The position numbers and the translations under genes are program-made. A stretch of DNA of 32,000 nucleotides. It comes from Panacagrimonas sp. (GTDB taxonomy: Bacteria; Pseudomonadota; Gammaproteobacteria; Nevskiales; Nevskiaceae). Under the pieces are notes generated by a model. It did not search any database. It saw only the letters and a program-made list of their open reading frames with translations, and was not told where the DNA came from. Positions 14,782-21,587 of the stretch are shown piece after piece (the stretch's first letter is position 1; every line of letters starts with the position of its first letter). The stretch covers positions 10,730-42,729 of the forward strand of contig JAJFBP010000018.1 of assembly GCA_020697055.1 (NCBI GenBank), in the 5' to 3' direction.

Positions 14782-16691
14782 TCGAGGCGTACGCCGCGGG
14801 CGCACGCGCGCTCGCCGCGCTGTGCGGCGCCTACCTGATCGGCACCCCGCTGTTCCTCTTGCGGGCAGGCGCCTCCGATGACCCGGCGGTGCGGGCCTGG
14901 CGCGCGCGCCTGCTTCGCTTTTTCCCGATCGCGGCGCTGGGCCTGCTGTTCGCGCTGCTCGGACTGCTGCACGCGCAGGCCAGCGGCGTCGCGGCCGCAG
15001 TCGCCGACCTGGCGCTGACGCGCGACATCGCATCGAGCACGGCGTTCGGCCGGATCGCGCTCGTGCGACTGGGCCTGGCGCTGCTGCTGGTACCGCTTGC
15101 GATCGGGTGCGCGGTGCGGGCCGGCGATCGCATCTCGATCGCCGCAGTGGCGGCGATGCTGCTCGCGGCCGTCGTCGTCGGCGCCGGCCCGTTGTCGGGC
15201 CACGCCGCGGGCACGGACGTCGCCACGGTGCTGGTCACGCTGCACGTCGTCCACGTGCTGGCGCTCGCCTGCTGGATCGGCGGCCTGCCCGCGTGGATCA
15301 CGCTCGCGCGCGCGGCGCAGCACGACCACGACGGCTCCATCCGGGCGTTTGCCGCGGTCGCGATGACGCGCTTCTCGCGCTTCGCCCTGCCCTGCATGGC
15401 GGTGATCGTGGTCGCCGGCAGTCTGATCGCATTGGAATTCGTGGACGACCAGGGCGATCTGCTCGGCACGCGCTACGGGCGCCTGCTGTGCCTGAAGATC
15501 CTCGCGCTGCTCGCGGTGCTCGCGATCGCCCATCGCCTCCGTACGCGCTGGTTGCCGCGCCTGGACGAACCGGCCGACCTCGACGTCCACGCCGACGGCG
15601 TGCGACGCACGCAGCGTGAAGCGCTGTTCGCGGTGGTGGTGCTGGCGCTCGGCGCGGGCCTGGCGCAGACCACGCCCGCGATCCACGACCAGCCGCACTG
15701 GTGGCTGCCGTGGCGCCTGTCGTTCGATGCGAGCGCGGAAGTGCCCGGCTCGCGCATCGCGGTGCTCGTCGGCGCCGGCCTTCTGATCGCCGCGGCGTGG
15801 TGGGCGGCGCTCGGGGCGCGATCGGGTCGCGGCGCGCGGAGGGGCATCGGCGTTCTCGGCCTCGCGGGCCTCGGCACCGCGGCCTGGGGCCTGTCGGTGC
15901 CGGCCTATCCCGACACGTTCCTGCGCTCGCCGGTGCCCTACCTGACGCTGTCGATCGACCAGGGACGCCGGGCGTTCGCGCAGAACTGCGTGGCGTGCCA
16001 CGGCACCGGCGGCCTGGGCGACGGCGTGCTCGCGAGCACCTTGCGCAGGCCGCCCGCCGACATGAGCGCGCCGCACACCGCGCTGCACACCGCCGGCGAC
16101 ATGTACTGGTGGATCACGCACGGCATGCCCGAGGGGCCGATGCCGGGATTCGGCTCCGTGCTCGATGACGAGCAGCGCTGGGACACCGTGAACTTCCTGC
16201 GCGTGTTTTCGCAGGGCTTCCAGGCGCGCGTGCTGTCGCCGCGGATCGTGCCGCGCGGTCCCTGGCTCGGCGCGCCGGACTTCTACTACGCCACCGCCGA
16301 CGGCGGACGCGCGCAGCTCAAGGACCTGCGCGCCGTGCGCGCCGCGCTGATCGTGTTCACCGTCGCCGGGGATCCGCGTTCGCTCGCGCGGCTCGGGGCA
16401 TTGCGCTCACGCGCCGACCCGCGGCTGGCGATCGTCGAACCGACCTCGCCCGACGTGTGGCAGGCCTACCAATTCCTCACGCGCACGCTGGCGGACCGCG
16501 GCGCGCCGGACCGGCTCGACCTGCCGCGCCGCCATGCCGAGTTCCTGGTCGATCGCTTCGGCTACGTGCGCGCGCGATGGCTGCCGGAGGACGATCCGAC
16601 TCACGCCAACGATTTCGATCTCGATGCGGCCGTGTCGGCGCTGGCTGAAGAGCCCGAGATCCTGCCGCCCCCGGATCTGCACCTGCATTGA
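14778..16691 (+). CDS. copD: CopD-family copper membrane protein fused to a c-type cytochrome domain and a C-terminal thioredoxin/peroxiredoxin-like (Cys-less) domain
   Basis: The GTG start overlaps the copC stop (GTGA). The first ~300 aa are polytopic and CopD-like. They are followed by CVACHG..(M) as in cytochrome c, then ..AEFLVDRFGYVRARW.., which resembles the AhpC/TSA/SCO fold. Confidence 0.88.
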   Translation: MIEAYAAGARALAALCGAYLIGTPLFLLRAGASDDPAVRAWRARLLRFFPIAALGLLFALLGLLHAQASGVAAAVADLALTRDIASSTAFGRIALVRLGLALLLVPLAIGCAVRAGDRISIAAVAAMLLAAVVVGAGPLSGHAAGTDVATVLVTLHVVHVLALACWIGGLPAWITLARAAQHDHDGSIRAFAAVAMTRFSRFALPCMAVIVVAGSLIALEFVDDQGDLLGTRYGRLLCLKILALLAVLAIAHRLRTRWLPRLDEPADLDVHADGVRRTQREALFAVVVLALGAGLAQTTPAIHDQPHWWLPWRLSFDASAEVPGSRIAVLVGAGLLIAAAWWAALGARSGRGARRGIGVLGLAGLGTAAWGLSVPAYPDTFLRSPVPYLTLSIDQGRRAFAQNCVACHGTGGLGDGVLASTLRRPPADMSAPHTALHTAGDMYWWITHGMPEGPMPGFGSVLDDEQRWDTVNFLRVFSQGFQARVLSPRIVPRGPWLGAPDFYYATADGGRAQLKDLRAVRAALIVFTVAGDPRSLARLGALRSRADPRLAIVEPTSPDVWQAYQFLTRTLADRGAPDRLDLPRRHAEFLVDRFGYVRARWLPEDDPTHANDFDLDAAVSALAEEPEILPPPDLHLH

Positions 16692-16707
16692 GTCGGCAGT
16701 CGATGTC

Positions 16708-16751
16708 GGGATGCTCCGCCTGTGGCGGACCGGGAAAGCCAGGCGCATCCC
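16708..16751. terminator. Nested inverted repeats between the two convergent operons (candidate bidirectional terminator)
   Basis: The outer arm GGGATGC (16708-16714) pairs with GCATCCC (16745-16751). An inner hairpin TCCGCC-TGT-GGCGGA spans 16715-16729. There is no U-tract. Confidence 0.25.
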
Positions 16752-16766
16752 GCCAATGCGTCACCA

Positions 16767-17099
16767 TCATCCGCAGCACCCGCTCCCCATCCGCAAGCAA
16801 TCCAGTCCATCCAGCGCGATGTGGATCAGCAACCCGATCGCCACGACGCGGCTACGCCGGGGCGCCAGCAGCAGCGCATATACCCCGACGGCCGGCGCGG
16901 TGTGCAGCGGATGAAAGCCCAGGCTGCAGCGTTCGTCCGGCGAATAGACCGGATCGGCGAGCAGGTGATCCACGTCGATGAGCCAGCCGGCCAGCATCAG
17001 CAGCCAGGCGCGCTTCCAGCCGTCGCGATACGCCAGCCGCGCCACCGCCAGCGGTACCAGTGCGTGCAGGACCAGGTGCAGCAGCGCGAAGGCGCTCAT
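16767..17099 (-). CDS. Small integral membrane protein (DUF6122-like by recollection)
   Basis: 110 aa, MSAFALLHLVLHALVPLAVARLAYRDGWKRAWLLMLAGWLIDVDHLLADP..GFHPLH..LLIHIALDGLDC. The ATG overlaps the nadR stop (ATGA at 17096-17099). The 354-aa track ORF is an upstream shadow over nadR. Confidence 0.65.
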   Translation of the reverse strand: MSAFALLHLVLHALVPLAVARLAYRDGWKRAWLLMLAGWLIDVDHLLADPVYSPDERCSLGFHPLHTAPAVGVYALLLAPRRSRVVAIGLLIHIALDGLDCLRMGSGCCG

Positions 17100-18115
17100 C
17101 GCGAAGCCTCGATCTCGAGTCGCCGCGCCACCGCCTGCACGCGCGCTTCGAGCGGCCCGCCGACCCGCAGCACGCGATCGGCGTGCGGTGCCAGCCGTTC
17201 CAGGTACCACGCGTGCTGCCGCGCGCGGAACGCATCGTCGCGACGCGTTCCGTCCTGCACGAAATCGAAGTCCGGCTCGCACAGCACCAGCAGGTCGTAG
17301 TGGCGGTTGGCCAGCTCGATCAGACCCGGCGGCGCCCGTCCGAAATCCTCGAGGCAGTAGAACAGCGTCGTCAGCGGCGTGGTGTCGCCGATCACCAGGC
17401 GACACCCTTCGTCGCGCGCCGCCTGCTCCTCGCGCAGCACCTGCGCCCCGGCGATCGGCGGCAGATCGCCCTCGTCGAGCCGTCCGCCTCGCTCCACCCA
17501 TCGATCGCGTCCGTACTCCTGCGCGCATCGTGCCCGCGGCAGGCGCGCCGCCAGCGCCCGCGCCAGCGTGGTCTTGCCGCTGGACTCGCCGCCGAGCACG
17601 CCGATGCGCGGCACCAGCGACGCGAACACTTCGGGCGCGACGTGCGCGCGGTGTGCGAACGGATCGGTGCGCAGCCGCGACGCGCTGATCGGAATCCGCG
17701 CCCGCGCCGGATCGACCATGACGTGCGCGACGGGGCGGCCGAACTGCTCCGACAGCGCCGCCGCGAATCCGTCGCCGTACGCCTCGCTGGTGAACACCGC
17801 GTCGGGCACGCAGCCGAAGCGGGTCACGCACTGGTCGCCGCAGAAGCGGCGATGCACCGCTTCCGGGTCGTCGTCGTTGTGCGGCAGGCCATCGGCCTGG
17901 TCGAGCACCCGCCAGCGCAGCGCCGGATGACCGGCAAAGCGCGCCTCGAACCAGCGCCGCCGTTCAAAAGGCTCGCAGTGCGCGAACTCCGGCCGCGAAT
18001 AGCTCAGCAGCAGCACCTCGTCGCACCGGGCCAGCGCCGTTGCGATCAGCAGCTCGTGCCCGAGGTGCAGCGGGCAGAACTTGCCGATCACCAGGCCACG
18101 AGCGAAGCGCTTCAT
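17096..18115 (-). CDS. nadR: NadR-type bifunctional NMN adenylyltransferase / ribosylnicotinamide kinase (no N-terminal HTH)
   Basis: 339 aa. VIGKFCPLHLGH is the nucleotidyltransferase (H/T)xGH motif. The second domain carries the P-loop VLGGESSGKTTLARALA. The ATG overlaps the pnuC stop (ATGA at 18112-18115). Confidence 0.9.
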   Translation of the reverse strand: MKRFARGLVIGKFCPLHLGHELLIATALARCDEVLLLSYSRPEFAHCEPFERRRWFEARFAGHPALRWRVLDQADGLPHNDDDPEAVHRRFCGDQCVTRFGCVPDAVFTSEAYGDGFAAALSEQFGRPVAHVMVDPARARIPISASRLRTDPFAHRAHVAPEVFASLVPRIGVLGGESSGKTTLARALAARLPRARCAQEYGRDRWVERGGRLDEGDLPPIAGAQVLREEQAARDEGCRLVIGDTTPLTTLFYCLEDFGRAPPGLIELANRHYDLLVLCEPDFDFVQDGTRRDDAFRARQHAWYLERLAPHADRVLRVGGPLEARVQAVARRLEIEASR

Positions 18116-18669
18116 GCGAGCTGCGCCCGCCAGTGGCGCCACGCGACCAGCGCGTTGATCCAGTACGCCGCGTACAGCGCGGCCGTGACGTACAGCCCGC
18201 GATTGGCGAACAGCGGGATCGCCAGCGTGTTGACCAGCAGCCACACCGGCCAGGTCTCGAGATGGCGCCGCATCAGCAGCAGCTGCGCCACCACGCTGAA
18301 GCTGAGCACCAGCGAATCCACGAACGGTGCATAGGCGTCGGTCCACGCGTGCAGCAGCGCGCCGTATCCCGCGCCGCCCAGCAGGCCGCCGATCGCGCTG
18401 AGCAGCAGCATCCGGCGCGGCGCGCGGGTGATCGCCAACGGCCCGTCGCGATCGGCGCCGTGCAGCCACTGCCACCAGCCGATCGCGCTGGCGACGATGA
18501 AGAACCCCTGCAGGCTTGCGTCCGCGTAGAGCCGCGCGTGCACGAACACCAGCGTGAACAGCGCGCAGCCGAGGATGCCGATCCACCAGGTGTGCACGCT
18601 GTTGCGCCCGGCCAGCAGGATCGAGACCGTGGCCAGACCGTTGGCGGTGATTTCCAGCGGATCGGTCAC
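18112..18669 (-). CDS. pnuC: Nicotinamide riboside transporter PnuC
   Basis: 185 aa, polytopic, with PnuC-typical Trp-rich motifs (..GRNSVHTWWIGILG.., ..AIGWWQWLHG..). The GTG start overlaps the upstream stop (GTGA at 18666-18669). Confidence 0.88.
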   Translation of the reverse strand: MTDPLEITANGLATVSILLAGRNSVHTWWIGILGCALFTLVFVHARLYADASLQGFFIVASAIGWWQWLHGADRDGPLAITRAPRRMLLLSAIGGLLGGAGYGALLHAWTDAYAPFVDSLVLSFSVVAQLLLMRRHLETWPVWLLVNTLAIPLFANRGLYVTAALYAAYWINALVAWRHWRAQLA

Positions 18670-20030
18670 GCGACCTCGGCGTCCGCCAGTTCGCTACGGT
18701 ACTGCTGCACCTTGTCCTCGGCCTCGAGTGTTTCGACTTCGACCGGCTGCGCACCGAACAGTGGGCGCAGCGCCTCGACGGCCTGGCCCGCGTGGAGCTC
18801 GCGTTCGTGAGGTCGCAGGCTCAGCGCCAGCGCACCGTCCGCGGCCTGCCGGAATCCGTAGTGCGACAGCGGCACGCCGGCCAGCGCGTGGCTGACATCG
18901 ATGTTGTTGAACCATTCGCCCTCGGCATTGCGAAAGCGCACCGGCCGGCGTCCGCCCAGCGCGACGATGCACGGCGCGCCGCCGCGCATCGCCAGCGATC
19001 CGACGTCGCCTGTGCGATAGCGCAGCAGCGGCAGGCAGAAATTGAACCCGCCGGTGACCGTGATCTCTCCGCGCGCGCCGGCCGGCAGCGCGCGATCGGC
19101 TTCGTCCAGCACTTCCACGTACAGACGCGGCTGCAGCAGCACGTGCGCATCCAGTGCCGGATCCAACACGCCCACCGGGCCGACCTCGTTGAGCGAGTAG
19201 ACGTCGAGCACCGGACAGGCGAAGCGCTGCTCCAGTCTCGATCGCAGCGCCGGCGACAGCGCCATCGACACCGAGATCAGCGCGCGCGGACGATGACGCA
19301 CCGGCAATCGCAGCAGCTCGGCGAACGAGATCGGGTCGCCGGCGTAGACCTCGGCCTGCAGCGCGTCCAGGTACGTCGCACGGTCGTCCGGATGCTGCCA
19401 GTCGACCGGGTGCAGGTTGAGCTTCACCAGCCCGGATTCGTCCATCTGCGGCGTCACCGACACGTAGGTGAAGCAGCGTCGCTGGTGGCCCAGCAGCACG
19501 ACACCGACCTGGTCGCGACCGTGCGTCAGCGTCACACCGACGCGCTTCAGCGCGCGCTTGTGAAACGTCAGATAGCGCGCCGCGACCTGCGGATGCGAGG
19601 CGATCAGCATCGGGTGGCCGGTGGTACCGGTGGTGCGGAAGTTGATCAGCCGGTCGATCGGCGCGGTGTCGGACACGTACGCCGCGATGTCGGCTGCCAG
19701 GTCCGCCCGACGCGTGGATGGAATCACGTCGAAGCGCTGCGGCGGCGCGCCGCGCGCACGAAAGGCCGGGACCTGCGCGTGACACTGCGCGACGAACGAT
19801 GCGACCCACGCGGGCACCTCGCCCGGCGTCCACGAGACCGGCTCGTCGAGCGTGCGCGCCTCGAACGATCGCACCTCCACCAGGTCTTCGGCCGACAGCC
19901 GGTTGCCGCTTCGATTGCGAAAGACCGGTGCCGCCGGGTGTTCGCGCAGGCGCCGCAGCATCCGCGCGCCGGCGTCGGTCAGCGTCGGGTAGCGGTCCGC
20001 GTCGTCGGGTTCGTCGCCGCCACGCGTCAT
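18666..20030 (-). CDS. Adenylate-forming enzyme of the PaaK / coenzyme F390 synthetase / CapK-like family
   Basis: The motifs FRTTGTTGHP (the A3-like T/S-GTTG loop), ..VYSLNEVG.. and ..RYRTGDVG.. are present. The start is placed at ATG 20030, which overlaps the upstream stop (ATGA at 20027-20030). GTG 20042 is the alternative. Confidence 0.85.
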   Translation of the reverse strand: MTRGGDEPDDADRYPTLTDAGARMLRRLREHPAAPVFRNRSGNRLSAEDLVEVRSFEARTLDEPVSWTPGEVPAWVASFVAQCHAQVPAFRARGAPPQRFDVIPSTRRADLAADIAAYVSDTAPIDRLINFRTTGTTGHPMLIASHPQVAARYLTFHKRALKRVGVTLTHGRDQVGVVLLGHQRRCFTYVSVTPQMDESGLVKLNLHPVDWQHPDDRATYLDALQAEVYAGDPISFAELLRLPVRHRPRALISVSMALSPALRSRLEQRFACPVLDVYSLNEVGPVGVLDPALDAHVLLQPRLYVEVLDEADRALPAGARGEITVTGGFNFCLPLLRYRTGDVGSLAMRGGAPCIVALGGRRPVRFRNAEGEWFNNIDVSHALAGVPLSHYGFRQAADGALALSLRPHERELHAGQAVEALRPLFGAQPVEVETLEAEDKVQQYRSELADAEVA

Positions 20031-20608
20031 TCGCGCGACCACTTGTCCGCCGACTCCTCGGCCGCCTTCCTGGCCAGCGCCTCGCGGATCTCGCGCGCAC
20101 GTTTTTCCGCGGCGCGGCTGGCCGCCAGCAGGCGCTTGCGCTCGACCGCGCTCAGGCTCGAGAGGCGATCGGTCGCCTGCTCCAGCGTCTCGCCCTGCGG
20201 ACGAAAGTCCATGCGCGCCAGCACGACGCGGACCAGCTCTTCGCGCCGATCGGGATCCGCGACGTAGCGCGACGCGTCCGCCGCCTGCGCCAGTCCACCG
20301 ACGGCATCGTCGAACACCTGCACGAGGCCCGGCACCGGCAGCGCGGTCTTCACGAACCAGCGATCCGCGAGCAGCCAGCAGACGACCGCGGTGAGCAGCA
20401 GGCGCGCACGATCGGCCTCGCGGACCGACGACAGGCGCCGCAGCATCGCTTCCGGTGCGGTGTGCCCCACCTGCGCGAACAGATCGTTGACCAGCGCGGC
20501 GGTGTGCACCGTGCCCTTGCCCGCGATCCGCGGCGGCAGCAGGAACTCCGGCGGCAGATCGATCAGCCGTCGCAGCAGGGTTTCGAGCTCGGGTCCGGGG
20601 TTCTGCAT
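20027..20608 (-). CDS. Hypothetical protein (193 aa) with a charged helical C-terminal tail; no family recognised
   Basis: The ATG at 20608 follows GGGAGA in the 13-nt spacer after the radical-SAM stop. Its placement between two recognised genes of the same strand and its stop/start overlap (ATGA) with the downstream gene support it as real. The sequence reads MQNPGPELETLLRRLIDLPPEF... and ends ..AEKRAREIREALARKAAEESADKWSRE. Confidence 0.65.
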   Translation of the reverse strand: MQNPGPELETLLRRLIDLPPEFLLPPRIAGKGTVHTAALVNDLFAQVGHTAPEAMLRRLSSVREADRARLLLTAVVCWLLADRWFVKTALPVPGLVQVFDDAVGGLAQAADASRYVADPDRREELVRVVLARMDFRPQGETLEQATDRLSSLSAVERKRLLAASRAAEKRAREIREALARKAAEESADKWSRE

Positions 20609-20621
20609 GGCATCGATCTCC

Positions 20622-21587
20622 CTATCGGCTCGCGAACTTGGCGAAGACGTGGTTGGACGGGCAGTCGCCGCAGGTCGGGGCCGGCGCGCGCGTCCGCGCC
20701 GCGCGAAAGCGTCCCGGCAACGCGAACAGGTCCTCCAGTGTCTGCACCTCGTCGACGTGCACGCCGTAATCGCCGCAGGTGAAGCTGCACGGCGCCAGGC
20801 GGCCCTGCTCGTCGACGAACAGGAAGCGTTCGGCCGGCGCGCAATCGCCGACGCTCAGCGCGCGCCCTTCGGCGGCGGCGTGGATGCGGGAGAGATAGGA
20901 CTGCCCACCGCACAGGCGCACGCCGCGCAACGCGAGCCGGTCGCGCAGCGGCGCAACCCCTTCGGCCAATCGCCGCGTGTCGTCGGTGCGCAGCCGGTGC
21001 GCCGGATGGAATTCCGGGCGATCGCGCCCGCCCAGCGCGTTGAACGTGATCTCGTCGATGCCCCAATCGGCGAGCTCGGCGCACAGCGCCGGAAAATCCT
21101 CGAGGTTGTCGCGCATCAACACGACGTTGGCGCGCAGACGCAAGCCGCTCGGGTCGCGATCGCGCGCCAGCGCAACGACGCCGTCGCGGATCCGCTGCCA
21201 GAGGCCCGCGCGCCCGCGCGTGCGGTCGTGGAATTCGGCGAAGCCGTCGACGCTGACGGTCAGTTCCGACAGGTTCGCCAGGATCGCCGCCCTCACCGTA
21301 GCGCGATCCAGCGTGCTGCCATTGGTCGTCAGGCTCAGCGACAGCGCGTGATCGCGCCGCAGTTCCTCGCACAGCGCGAACAACGGTGTCCAGCGCAGCG
21401 GCTCGCCCCCGAGCCAGCTCAGCAGCACGCGCTCGCCGGTGCGCCGTTGCAGCGCGCCCAGCACCGCGGCGAACCGGCGGATCGAACCGACGTCCGCGTC
21501 GTGGCGCGTGCGTCGCAGCCGGCGGTCGTATGCGCAGAAGCCGCACGCGAGGTCGCAGCGCTCGGTGATGCGCCACAGCACGATCAT
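20622..21587 (-). CDS. Radical SAM enzyme with Cys-rich C-terminal (SPASM/twitch-like) extension
   Basis: 321 aa. The CxxxCxxC motif lies at the N-terminus (RITERCDLACGFCAY), followed by GGEPL. C-terminal cysteines occur in ..CAPAERFLFVDEQGRLAPCSFTCGD.. and ..CGDCPSNH... The ATG overlaps the upstream stop (ATGA at 21584-21587). The 898-aa track ORF is an upstream shadow. Confidence 0.88.
   Translation of the reverse strand: MIVLWRITERCDLACGFCAYDRRLRRTRHDADVGSIRRFAAVLGALQRRTGERVLLSWLGGEPLRWTPLFALCEELRRDHALSLSLTTNGSTLDRATVRAAILANLSELTVSVDGFAEFHDRTRGRAGLWQRIRDGVVALARDRDPSGLRLRANVVLMRDNLEDFPALCAELADWGIDEITFNALGGRDRPEFHPAHRLRTDDTRRLAEGVAPLRDRLALRGVRLCGGQSYLSRIHAAAEGRALSVGDCAPAERFLFVDEQGRLAPCSFTCGDYGVHVDEVQTLEDLFALPGRFRAARTRAPAPTCGDCPSNHVFAKFASR

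Noticed and set aside
12554-15033. Minus-strand ORFs 12554..13834 (426 aa), 13747..15033 (428 aa) and 14697..16121 (474 aa)
   Set aside because: They are antisense to xmoB, the D-position gene, copC and copD. Their Arg/Gly/Asp-rich composition is typical of GC-driven open frames.
20622-21587. Viperin-like antiviral radical SAM enzyme
   Set aside because: Viperins lack the additional C-terminal Cys clusters seen here, and the sequence around the CxxxCxxC motif does not resemble the viperin core as I recall it. SPASM/twitch-like is the better description.
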